Source: Patescibacteria group bacterium (GTDB taxonomy: Bacteria > Patescibacteriota > WWE3 > UBA101185 > UBA10185). From it: a DNA stretch of 64,000 bases. How positions within the stretch are numbered: position 1 is the stretch's first letter; each line of letters opens with the position of its first letter. The notes beneath the pieces are model-generated. The model was not told the origin of the DNA. It made no database searches and saw only the letters and a program-made list of their open reading frames with translations. A program made the position numbers and the translations under genes. The stretch spans positions 13,383 through 77,382 of the forward strand of contig BPJL01000008.1 of assembly GCA_026004595.1 (NCBI GenBank). Direction: 5' to 3'. Shown here in pieces: positions 50,501 through 59,296 of the stretch.

Positions 50501-51157
50501 TTAATCAAGTATTTTTTCTATTAAGTTTTTGTACTCTTTTGTTATCACTGGTGCGAATCCTAATTTGGAACCGTCAAATAGATTACCATTCAGTTCAACG
50601 TAGTATCTAATCAAGCCTGCTACAACCTTTTCAGGGTCCTCTTCTAGTATTGAAGGGTCCTTCTCTAACACGAGATCCAGCAGTTTACCAACCTCTTCCT
50701 CATTGACTGATGCTTTTTTACAAAAACTGCTCAGGTAAATCTTTGGAGAAAAAACGACTATTGGCGCATGTTTCTGTAGCAAGTCTCTGTTCTTTATACC
50801 TGAAACTATTCTCATTGCCATGTTAACATCTTTCTCTCTCAAGTCAAGATGATTTATAACATGCTTTATATTAAAAGTCTTTCTGTTAAGGAGGTGATAT
50901 ATATAGATATAAGCAAAGATTAGTCTGTTTCTGCTTTTCTTCTTCTTTGAAAGTATTTCTCTGGAGTGGTTCTCTATCATCCAGTCTAAACAGTCCTTCG
51001 AAACGGGCAAATTTGACAAAACATCCCCCCTTGGCTTGTAAATGTGAGTATGTGTTTCCCCTTTCATCGGGATACACATATTGATGTTTTCTCCTACATG
51101 AAGACCACAGCTGGTGCAGATATTGTTATCTATATCTTCGTGATTACAGTTTTCCAT
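50501..51157 (-). CDS. TFIIB-like transcription factor
   Basis: N-terminal CxH...CTSCG Zn ribbon and cyclin-repeat-like FAYIYI, SPKIYLSSFC, DPEKVVAGLIRY. Confidence 0.7.
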   Translation of the reverse strand: MENCNHEDIDNNICTSCGLHVGENINMCIPMKGETHTHIYKPRGDVLSNLPVSKDCLDWMIENHSREILSKKKKSRNRLIFAYIYIYHLLNRKTFNIKHVINHLDLREKDVNMAMRIVSGIKNRDLLQKHAPIVVFSPKIYLSSFCKKASVNEEEVGKLLDLVLEKDPSILEEDPEKVVAGLIRYYVELNGNLFDGSKLGFAPVITKEYKNLIEKILD

Positions 51158-51187
51158 ATTTTTGTAAAAAGCATGTTTATATCTTTA

Positions 51188-51502
51188 TCACTTTTTACCA
51201 AAGGTAGTCAATAAATAATATCCAAGCCATGATAATACCACGGCAACAAGAGAGATAATTAAAGCCCAAAAGAAACACTTTGTTTTATCCACTATGTTTT
51301 TCCCTTCTTGGTCGGTTACAAACACACCATCTTCTGTTCTTCTTAACACGAACCACGGTTGAAAACTAAAGAGAAACACCCACACAGCAACAAATGTCAC
51401 CACAAGTAGAACAACACTGTAAACTAGATTTCTGTTACTGACAGTCTCGAGACTGCTCTGAGATACTCCTTTTGAGTTGATTTCTGATAACTTCGATGCC
51501 AT
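51188..51502 (-). CDS. Two-helix membrane protein
   Basis: Two transmembrane helices around a QPWFV loop. Confidence 0.65.
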   Translation of the reverse strand: MASKLSEINSKGVSQSSLETVSNRNLVYSVVLLVVTFVAVWVFLFSFQPWFVLRRTEDGVFVTDQEGKNIVDKTKCFFWALIISLVAVVLSWLGYYLLTTFGKK

Positions 51503-51537
51503 TTTTAAAACCGTTTATATTTTTTTGAAAAAAAATT

Positions 51538-52686
51538 TTAAGATCTCATGATGCTTCTTACTTTGCTTTTCTCAACCGAGATAAACTTTTTGTTGATTGT
51601 CTTATGTACATCCTTGATAAAGCTGAGAAGTTGGAACATCTGTTCTATTGTTTCTCTCTTTTCACTGAACTCAGCTTCAAGCTCCTTATACCACTCAGTA
51701 AAGTACTTCCTTGGAAGGGAGAGAATTGACACCATTATCATTGGAGCGTTATTCCTAAGTCCCCATTTCTCGTCATTTTCTGTTTTTGGTACGTAAGCCG
51801 GTTCCTTCTTTCTATCATCATTTTCTTCAGCGAGTCTTTCGAAGACGCTTTTATTCCTGTTTAGAAGGTAGTTAGCCATTCTTTGGCGCAGGGTTTTATC
51901 TGAACCGAACTTTTGCTCAAGTAACTCTTCTTTATTCTCTGCCTCGTCCCATTCTGCCTCGAGCGTCTCTATCGCATCTGGCTTTTCACCGGAAACTATG
52001 TATTCCGTATCGGTTCCCTCCCCGAAATGTTCATACCAAACTTCATCAGGGTGGAAATAATCGTTATATTTATCACCACTTACAAACGTGATTATATGGT
52101 ACAGCTTGATAAAAAGTTTGTCGATAAAAGCATTCTTTTCAAGAAGGAAATTAATAACCATGTTTAGGTCTATAATTTTTTCGTCTAAATTAGAAATTTT
52201 TAGCTCTTCAGCAAGCTCTTCAAGTGATTTGTTAAGATTTTCCCTAACGTAATTCTTAAAATAATCAAGGCTTTCTTCTTTGGAACCATCAAGCCTTGAT
52301 AACTGATACAGATCCATAATATCAAGTTCGTCGATATGATTTTTCAACAGAAAGATCAGACCATTGCCTTTGTTGACTTCTCTTAGGAAGTTAACAAATC
52401 TGTCAGTGATAATGATAATGTTGATTTTAGAAGGAGGCTTTGTTATCCTTTCTTTTGGACCCAACCTTTTTATATTCTTTCTCAACTTATTCAACTCGTT
52501 AATGTAAAGTTTCTTTAGGTTGTTGAAGGTCGACTTGTTTACATCAATCAATGATTTTCCTGACACGACGGCTTCTATAAGCGTGAAAAGATTTATTGTG
52601 GATGCTTCCAGTTGATCAATATCTGCCATTGTTTCTTTGAGTATATCTAAAGACTTCTTTCTCTTATCTGTTACCGATAAAGTCAT
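51538..52686 (-). CDS. Hypothetical protein
   Basis: 382-aa ORF, TAAAAATG start. Confidence 0.7.
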   Translation of the reverse strand: MTLSVTDKRKKSLDILKETMADIDQLEASTINLFTLIEAVVSGKSLIDVNKSTFNNLKKLYINELNKLRKNIKRLGPKERITKPPSKINIIIITDRFVNFLREVNKGNGLIFLLKNHIDELDIMDLYQLSRLDGSKEESLDYFKNYVRENLNKSLEELAEELKISNLDEKIIDLNMVINFLLEKNAFIDKLFIKLYHIITFVSGDKYNDYFHPDEVWYEHFGEGTDTEYIVSGEKPDAIETLEAEWDEAENKEELLEQKFGSDKTLRQRMANYLLNRNKSVFERLAEENDDRKKEPAYVPKTENDEKWGLRNNAPMIMVSILSLPRKYFTEWYKELEAEFSEKRETIEQMFQLLSFIKDVHKTINKKFISVEKSKVRSIMRS

Positions 52687-52722
52687 TTTTAAGTTGAATC
52701 TGATATTTAATGCATTTTCAGT

Positions 52723-53913
52723 TCAACTACTTTCGTCAGAGCTTGTCAAGATACCCCTTTTTATTTTTATCGGGGCAAAGCGGACTTCTCTAACCGGAGA
52801 CCTTTGACGAAGTATCTGATTTTTCATTCGCTCACGTCGTCTTTCCAGTTCACGTTCTATACGTTGATGTTCACGGAGCTTAAGCTCGAGTTGTTTGCGT
52901 AACTCCTCTTCACGCTGTTTGCGTTGTTTGCGTAACTCCTCATCGCGCCGTAGCTCGTCTAGCGGCTCACGCCGTAGCTCGCCTAGCGGCTCACGCCGTA
53001 GCTCGCCTAACGGCTCACTCTGTTTGCCTAGTTGCTCACGTGACTCACTTGGCGGCTCACGCTGTTTACGTAATTCCCGTCGCAGTTCACTTAACAGCTC
53101 GCTTCGATCAAGTTGCTCACGCGTCTCACGTCGCTCGCCTCGCGGCTCACGTCGCTCGCCCCGCGGCTCACGTCGCTCACGTGTCTCGCGTCGCTCGCCT
53201 TGCGGCTCACGTCGCTCACGTGTCTCGCGTCGCTCGCCTTGCGGCTCACGTCGCTCACGTGTCTCGCGTCGCTCGCCTTGCGGCTCACGTCGCTCGCCTC
53301 GCGGCTCACGTCGCTCGCCCCGCGGCTCACGTCGCTCACGTGTCTCGCGTCGCTCGCCTTGCGGCTCACGCTGTTTACGTAATTCCCGTCGCAGTTCACT
53401 TAACAGCTCGCTTCGATCAAGTTGCTCACGCGAATCACGAGGCTCACGCGAAATGGGTTTTAAACGTTGCTTAAATTGAATTGGTATGCGTGAAATAGAG
53501 CTCTCGCTTGAGTCAGAATGTATAGAGCTCTCGCTTGAGTCAGACAGTCCTAGCATTCTACGATGACGTTTTCTGCACTCGTCTTCATCACAGTTGATGC
53601 ATTCACACTCCTCACACTCACAGCTTTCACATTTACAGTCGTGACAGTTTTCACAATCACAGTTCTCTCTTTTTAAGTTGAAAACTGGTAGTTTAAGACT
53701 TACTTGGCTAGAGCTCTTGCTTGACTCGCTGTCAGAGTGTTCAAAAAGTCTTCTAGCGATAAAATCAGTCCCCCTATCGATATCAACTGTTCTTATTGGA
53801 CTGTGGGAACGTGGTGACTTTGGGAGGACGTGACCTGGTGTGATATCATCTTCCATTTCACTCCCTGACATGATACTTTTGTCGCTGATATAGCTATCCG
53901 ATTCCGATGTCAT
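52723..53913 (-). CDS. Intrinsically disordered Ser-rich and Arg/Glu-rich protein with a Cys cluster
   Basis: Ser-rich N-terminus, CDCENCHDCKCESCECEECECINCDEDEC, then (ERRETRERREPQG)n tracts. Confidence 0.75.
   Translation of the reverse strand: MTSESDSYISDKSIMSGSEMEDDITPGHVLPKSPRSHSPIRTVDIDRGTDFIARRLFEHSDSESSKSSSQVSLKLPVFNLKRENCDCENCHDCKCESCECEECECINCDEDECRKRHRRMLGLSDSSESSIHSDSSESSISRIPIQFKQRLKPISREPRDSREQLDRSELLSELRRELRKQREPQGERRETRERREPRGERREPRGERREPQGERRETRERREPQGERRETRERREPQGERRETRERREPRGERREPRGERRETREQLDRSELLSELRRELRKQREPPSESREQLGKQSEPLGELRREPLGELRREPLDELRRDEELRKQRKQREEELRKQLELKLREHQRIERELERRRERMKNQILRQRSPVREVRFAPIKIKRGILTSSDESS
52880..53450 (-). repeat. CGTGAG-based coding repeat with 21/39-bp higher-order units
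   Basis: Plus strand reads CTCACG/CTCGCG/CTCGCC units. The block at ~53050-53120 is duplicated at ~53360-53430. Confidence 0.92.
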
Positions 53914-53950
53914 ACTTTTGTATACTTGATAAAAAAATTAAGATACATTT

Positions 53951-56512
53951 TTATTTAGAAAAACAAAAGTTCATCAGGGAATACAGAATAAGAGCATCAC
54001 CAAGAGCAGTATGTTGTTTTATGTGACCAGAAAACTCTATTGGTTCTATTAACAGTGAGTACAGGTCGGTTAGCTTCGCAAGGTCAAAATTCAACTTTCC
54101 TCTCAAATCAACATGTGGCATCTCAGGGAATATCTTTGTATCCATCTTGGAATTGTAATAATAAATCGTCTTGTTGTCGACTACTGGAATGTTTTTGTCA
54201 GCGTTTAATAGAATTTCCATCGCATTGTCTAGGCCGTTTGAACTTAACCATTCTACTGCAAACGGGAGCCCCTGATTACTTATCTTAAGCGGTTTTACTA
54301 TTGAACTGAACGGGTCTCTAAGTGGTATCAGCGCGATGTCAAAAATCTCTTTTGTAAAGGGGTTAAATTCACAGTCAATCACGTAGGCGTCTTCTACTTT
54401 GCCAATAATACCACTTTTGTTCTTATAGTAGTTCACCAGATCAACTTGATTTCTAATGGAAACAAATGACTCGACTATATAAATCCAGTGCGATGGGTGC
54501 TTGTTTCCCATTACGATTATAATTTCTCCTGTAGCGGGGCTGTAGATTGCTGCTTTCTTTCCTCTAAACACTGAGAAAAGAAAAATGTCTAACAGGTCCT
54601 CATCAGTTGGTCTGTTAATAAAGTTCAAAACCGCCTCTGTTAACTCAACGTGACAGTAACCGTAAAACAAGCTTCTTCTTTCAACTGGGTCTTCATCAAC
54701 TATGTAACCTAACATGTCAGTGATGAAAGAGACGTCACCGCAATCAAATGAGTTGAACTCTTTTTCTTGCTGGTCCACAAGCAAAGAAAACACAGAACAT
54801 GCTTTACACATGTTTATATTGTCTAAACCAACTTTTTCAAACTCTTTGATAACTTCTTCCGTTACACTTGGGTCTTCTAGCACCTGTTTATCGTTGAACA
54901 GCCCCCTTATCTCTTTTGATGTGTAACCGATTTTTTCATAGAAAAACCTTTTCGGAAGTCTACCAAGGTTTCTTGTCTTAAAAGTAAACTCTACCATAAG
55001 CGGATCACAGTTCATCTTTACACAGGGAATTTTTACTGTTTCCAAACTGTAGTCGTTTGTTGTCAGAAGTTTTTGAAAGTCATACAGGTGAGCTATGTCC
55101 CTCAGCGATATTATTACAGGTGAAAAGGTTTTCCCTATTTCAACTGGATCAAACTTGACACAGCATTCCTTTGCTCTGGTGTTAGCAACGTACTCAATGC
55201 TTAACGCCCTTTCCAATGGTATGTGAGGCATGATTCTGTCAAGACAGTATAGAACAACAAGGCTAAACTCCTTTCCCTTGACTGAGTGGACTGTTGAAAA
55301 AAGGACAGAGTTGGGCTTCTTTGCTCCGTCCTGTCTAGTGTAACAGGGTATTCCAGACAGCCTAAGTCTTTCCATCAGGAACCTTGAGCGCTTTGAAACT
55401 ACGTTGTCGCGGTGAAGTGACTGTGTTACCACACAGACCTCACTAGGTTCATAGCTTTTTATCAAGGGTATTAACTCGTCAACGTTGTTTACTCTTATGG
55501 GTTTAATGTAAAGTCCAGTGTAAGGTGATTTCAGGGGTGCATGAAACTCTGGTCTTTTACTTGAAAGTTCGTTGTGAATCTCAAGCAAGCACTGGTTTTT
55601 AAACCTGTATGAAACTGTCATCTGAAACTTTTCCAATTCTATTTTCAGCGGTACTATTTCGCTCACCTGTTCAAACTTTCCATTTTTGAACACAATTTTT
55701 CTTTTGTACATGTTTGTTTCATAACAAGGCGACTTCCAAAGTTCACAGTACCAATCACCTGCACTGAATATTTTCTGTTTTGGATCACCCATGATTAACA
55801 CTGATTCAACTGAAGGTATGATCATTTTGATCAGGTTACCCCTTATGTCATCTATGTCCTGTGCTTCGTCTACAATCAGGTGACAAAAGCTATACGGTAT
55901 AATCCCTCTACTTGAAGCGTTTTTTATTACGTCTTCAAAGGTGACTTTATCAGACTTTTTCTGATCAGTGATCTTCCATGCGAGTGAATCAAGCGTTGTT
56001 ATAACGATGTCCTTATTCACTTCTTTAAAGCCAACTTTACCCCTTAGACCGGGAAGTATTTTTATACGTTCGTAAATCTCTTTTACTGACTCGTTTGAAT
56101 ACGAAACAACAAGCACTCCTTTTTTAAGCCTTGCAGCCCTTTCGACTACTATAGTGGTCTTTCCTGTACCGGGACCAGAGTTTACTATTATTTTTCCCCT
56201 ATCAAAGTTGACTAGTCTCTCTTGTTCCTCGTTTAGTCTATTTAACCTTGGAATTTCATAGCCCTTTAGCTTATAGAAAGCCAGTATAGCCTTTTTACCG
56301 TCCTTTGTTCTAAAGTATTTTAGATCAAGCGGACAGTCAAATGATGTTTTAGCCTTAAGATAGTTCTTAAGTTCTCCAACCGTGAAATTAGAGAACTCTG
56401 AATCGTCTGTTTTTCTTATCTCTCTTTCCCATTCGTCAAAAAAGGTGCTTAAGCTACTCTGTGACTCACTGTTACCAAAATGTTTAGCGTATTCCTTATG
56501 TCTTGACTTCAT
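53951..56512 (-). CDS. UvrD/Rep-type SF1 helicase fused to a C-terminal DEDDh exonuclease-like domain
   Basis: SGPGTGKT, IVDEAQD, GDPKQKIF, SYRF, STVHSVKGKEF, YVANTRAK; C-terminal VIDCEF...D...HTALGDA. Confidence 0.88.
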   Translation of the reverse strand: MKSRHKEYAKHFGNSESQSSLSTFFDEWEREIRKTDDSEFSNFTVGELKNYLKAKTSFDCPLDLKYFRTKDGKKAILAFYKLKGYEIPRLNRLNEEQERLVNFDRGKIIVNSGPGTGKTTIVVERAARLKKGVLVVSYSNESVKEIYERIKILPGLRGKVGFKEVNKDIVITTLDSLAWKITDQKKSDKVTFEDVIKNASSRGIIPYSFCHLIVDEAQDIDDIRGNLIKMIIPSVESVLIMGDPKQKIFSAGDWYCELWKSPCYETNMYKRKIVFKNGKFEQVSEIVPLKIELEKFQMTVSYRFKNQCLLEIHNELSSKRPEFHAPLKSPYTGLYIKPIRVNNVDELIPLIKSYEPSEVCVVTQSLHRDNVVSKRSRFLMERLRLSGIPCYTRQDGAKKPNSVLFSTVHSVKGKEFSLVVLYCLDRIMPHIPLERALSIEYVANTRAKECCVKFDPVEIGKTFSPVIISLRDIAHLYDFQKLLTTNDYSLETVKIPCVKMNCDPLMVEFTFKTRNLGRLPKRFFYEKIGYTSKEIRGLFNDKQVLEDPSVTEEVIKEFEKVGLDNINMCKACSVFSLLVDQQEKEFNSFDCGDVSFITDMLGYIVDEDPVERRSLFYGYCHVELTEAVLNFINRPTDEDLLDIFLFSVFRGKKAAIYSPATGEIIIVMGNKHPSHWIYIVESFVSIRNQVDLVNYYKNKSGIIGKVEDAYVIDCEFNPFTKEIFDIALIPLRDPFSSIVKPLKISNQGLPFAVEWLSSNGLDNAMEILLNADKNIPVVDNKTIYYYNSKMDTKIFPEMPHVDLRGKLNFDLAKLTDLYSLLIEPIEFSGHIKQHTALGDALILYSLMNFCFSK

Positions 56513-56518
56513 TTTATA

Positions 56519-57490
56519 TTAAAGCAGTTTCTCTAAATTCAAGTTAATAAGGGCAAGGGGAATAAAATTTATTTCGTAACGCGATGCGTACTCTTCGTTA
56601 ATGTAACCTATTTCGTATAAATAGGGGGGCTTTAGTGTTAACGAACCGTCTAGGTATAAAGCAAGCGGTGTATCATTCGAAAAAAGCTTCCACCTCTGTT
56701 CAAGAGTGTCATTTCTATTGGGAAGGCCCATAACATAGTTATCTAAGTCTTTTATTTCTTTATCTATGAAAAAGGTAGCCGGGGCAATGATATATTTCTC
56801 TTTTACCGGTATACTTCCCATGGAAATCCAGTGACCCTTTGTATCAGAGGTTACAAGGTTTCCATTGGAGACCGTGATGTACTTGGACGTTCTTCTATCG
56901 ACTAACAAAAACAGTTGCTCTTTACTCACTTTTCTAAAGAGTTGATTTGGATCTCTTATATCACATGGTATCATTTTCCAGGAATCTGTTGACAAGCATA
57001 GCTTGTTAGCAGAAATTATTCCTAAAACACCTTCACACCTTGGTATTTTTGTACAGACTGTGTAGTACTCTTCTTTTGTTAGCTCATCAACCAGTTTTCC
57101 ATCAATGGTGACACATTTTCCCGTTGTTCTAATACGTTCTATCGTATCACCTCTGCAAAAATGTTCTACTTTCCTGAGAGCTATCTCATCATCATCCACA
57201 CATGATTTTGAATCGACTTTGGTTAGACTGTTAATGTCTCTTATTAGGGGAAAGCTTGGAGAAAGCCTTTCGTTCTGATTTGACATATAAACGGTGCACG
57301 GCTCCAGCTCTCTAAAGGATTCATCTGACCAGATGACTTTGCCGTCTTTATCACGCTTTATGTTTCCATTTTCATCGTATTCGGGCAAGCCCCAAGGAGA
57401 GTTTATCACTGGTATTTCAGGTTTCTTTGAGGGTTTAAATATAACAAATAGTATCACGACTGATATGATAATAATAAGAGCCAATATCAT
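56519..57490 (-). CDS. N-anchored membrane protein with possible ricin-B-like segment
   Basis: Transmembrane N-terminus; KLCLS...MIPCD..DPNQLF resembles one beta-trefoil subrepeat. Confidence 0.55.
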   Translation of the reverse strand: MILALIIIISVVILFVIFKPSKKPEIPVINSPWGLPEYDENGNIKRDKDGKVIWSDESFRELEPCTVYMSNQNERLSPSFPLIRDINSLTKVDSKSCVDDDEIALRKVEHFCRGDTIERIRTTGKCVTIDGKLVDELTKEEYYTVCTKIPRCEGVLGIISANKLCLSTDSWKMIPCDIRDPNQLFRKVSKEQLFLLVDRRTSKYITVSNGNLVTSDTKGHWISMGSIPVKEKYIIAPATFFIDKEIKDLDNYVMGLPNRNDTLEQRWKLFSNDTPLALYLDGSLTLKPPYLYEIGYINEEYASRYEINFIPLALINLNLEKLL

Positions 57491-57492
57491 TT

Positions 57493-57954
57493 TTATGTAG
57501 CTTCGATTAAGTCTTCGTCGTCAATTAAAATGGGTGTTTCCGTTTCAGTCTGGGTTTCTATATCAGTCGTGCTTGAAACATAGTGATCGGATTCAACTTC
57601 TAAGGGTCCAACTATCGATTCAATGAAGACTTTATAGGAAAATATCTTTTCCAGCTTTTCTATGTCACCCAGTTTACCCTTGGGTCTAAGGAATGCTAAG
57701 ACTTTTTTCACCTTGCTCACTTTAGGGTCCAGCACATCAACATCACCAAGGTAGATAGCAGAAGCTATTAAAGCAGCGTTCATATGAAGAGACCTTTTGT
57801 CGTTTAGTATTTTCTCGACGTAGAGTTTATGCTTTCCAGCACCCAACTCTTTAAGATAAAGGTTTATTTTCTCCTCTTGCTCGTTTCTTAAATTCTGTTC
57901 GTAGTTTTTCTCTGTTTTGCCTGCTGATGCTTTTGGAAATACTGAAGACAACAT
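57493..57954 (-). CDS. Hypothetical protein with acidic tail
   Basis: 153-aa ORF divergent from the RING gene. Confidence 0.6.
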   Translation of the reverse strand: MLSSVFPKASAGKTEKNYEQNLRNEQEEKINLYLKELGAGKHKLYVEKILNDKRSLHMNAALIASAIYLGDVDVLDPKVSKVKKVLAFLRPKGKLGDIEKLEKIFSYKVFIESIVGPLEVESDHYVSSTTDIETQTETETPILIDDEDLIEAT

Positions 57955-57971
57955 TTTTTATTGAAGTTAAA

Positions 57972-58436
57972 ATGACAAAAGTGATAAGATGTGCACACCC
58001 TTATTGCATTTTACAAGCAACCAACGGGAAATACTGTGATCAACATGCTCCTTCTATCTGCTCAGTCTGTTACACCGAGGTTGATAGAGAGAGCATGCTT
58101 GATTGTAAACATTACCTTTGTGAACTCTGTAAAAGAGAGTTAAGAAGACCAAACTGTCCAGTCTGTAAAAAAGAACTAAAGCTTGATGACTACACCCTTG
58201 CCGTTATTTTATCAAGGCAGTTTGAGGATGAAAGAAACGCTGAAGAAAGAGACAGACTAATTCAGATTTTATCAACCCTTAGGCCACAAGACAACATAGA
58301 AAACTACTACGGCCTTGATAATGAACAGTTAAGGGAACTGGCGGAAAGTGGCATCTTTGGAGTGCCAACCTACGAAGTAAACCCAGTAGAGCTCACCTTA
58401 CCCGTTCCACACTTTTCTCTTCCCACGAAAAAATAA
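57972..58436 (+). CDS. RING-finger (C3HC4) protein
   Basis: CSVC...CKHYLCELC...CPVC preceded by a C-x4-C...CDQH finger; start MTKV at 57972. Confidence 0.85.
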   Translation: MTKVIRCAHPYCILQATNGKYCDQHAPSICSVCYTEVDRESMLDCKHYLCELCKRELRRPNCPVCKKELKLDDYTLAVILSRQFEDERNAEERDRLIQILSTLRPQDNIENYYGLDNEQLRELAESGIFGVPTYEVNPVELTLPVPHFSLPTKK

Positions 58437-58453
58437 AAAAGAATATCAAAAAA

Positions 58454-58744
58454 ATGGTGTATAGCATTTTATTAATAGTCTACTTGTTAACACTGATCTA
58501 TCTTCTTGAAAATGGTGTTTCCGTTTTAAAGCTTTTCTTCTCTTTTGTTGCCGGTTTAACACTGATTCTTTTTGATGTGCTAACTGGTTTAAGGGTTGGC
58601 GTCTTCTTTTTAGTACCAATTATACTTTTACACCTGTATTACAGTTTTAAGATACACAGTATCAAGATAAGGTTAAACGCTAAGTTAAACACGAACCACA
58701 CGGCGAATCGCGTGGCGAACAGCAAGATTATTTATGATGATTGA
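58454..58744 (+). CDS. Small membrane protein
   Basis: Three hydrophobic segments. Confidence 0.5.
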   Translation: MVYSILLIVYLLTLIYLLENGVSVLKLFFSFVAGLTLILFDVLTGLRVGVFFLVPIILLHLYYSFKIHSIKIRLNAKLNTNHTANRVANSKIIYDD

Positions 58745-59225
58745 ACCAAAGTTCCCTGTGTTTTTCTATATCGTAATCCAGACCACAAATATCGATATAT
58801 TTTATTGAAAGTCTAACACACCCGTGAAGAATTCTCCATACTTCATCATCACTGTCAAGTAGACTGTTAAACAGTGACCTAAACTCTTCAACCTGTCTTC
58901 TCAGTTCATCACGGCTGATTCTACCACAGAATACTGATATAATTTCCAGTTTATCATCAGTGATTTTATCGAATAACATGTCAACGATACTGTTTTCTTT
59001 TATAAAGTCAGTTGACTTTTCTCTGATATCATCCCAATAACCGTAAGTCGATCTTATAAACTTTTCCACAAGACCTTCCATCTTTCCCTCTTCCAACAGT
59101 ACTTTAATAAGCCTTATCAGTCTAACGTCGATGTTTATTTTTCTTTCTATAATTGTGTCTTCTAAAATGCTTAGAAGCGCTACAATATTGCATCTGAACC
59201 TGTAGTCTATGTTATGTGCTGTCAT
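58728..59225 (-). CDS. Hypothetical protein
   Basis: 165-aa ORF, TAAAATG start. Confidence 0.65.
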   Translation of the reverse strand: MTAHNIDYRFRCNIVALLSILEDTIIERKINIDVRLIRLIKVLLEEGKMEGLVEKFIRSTYGYWDDIREKSTDFIKENSIVDMLFDKITDDKLEIISVFCGRISRDELRRQVEEFRSLFNSLLDSDDEVWRILHGCVRLSIKYIDICGLDYDIEKHRELWFNHHK

Positions 59226-59296
59226 TTTAGATAATAAAAAAAACGCTTATAATTCTTCAATAAACTGAAGAAGTCTAATACTTTCTCATATACCAA

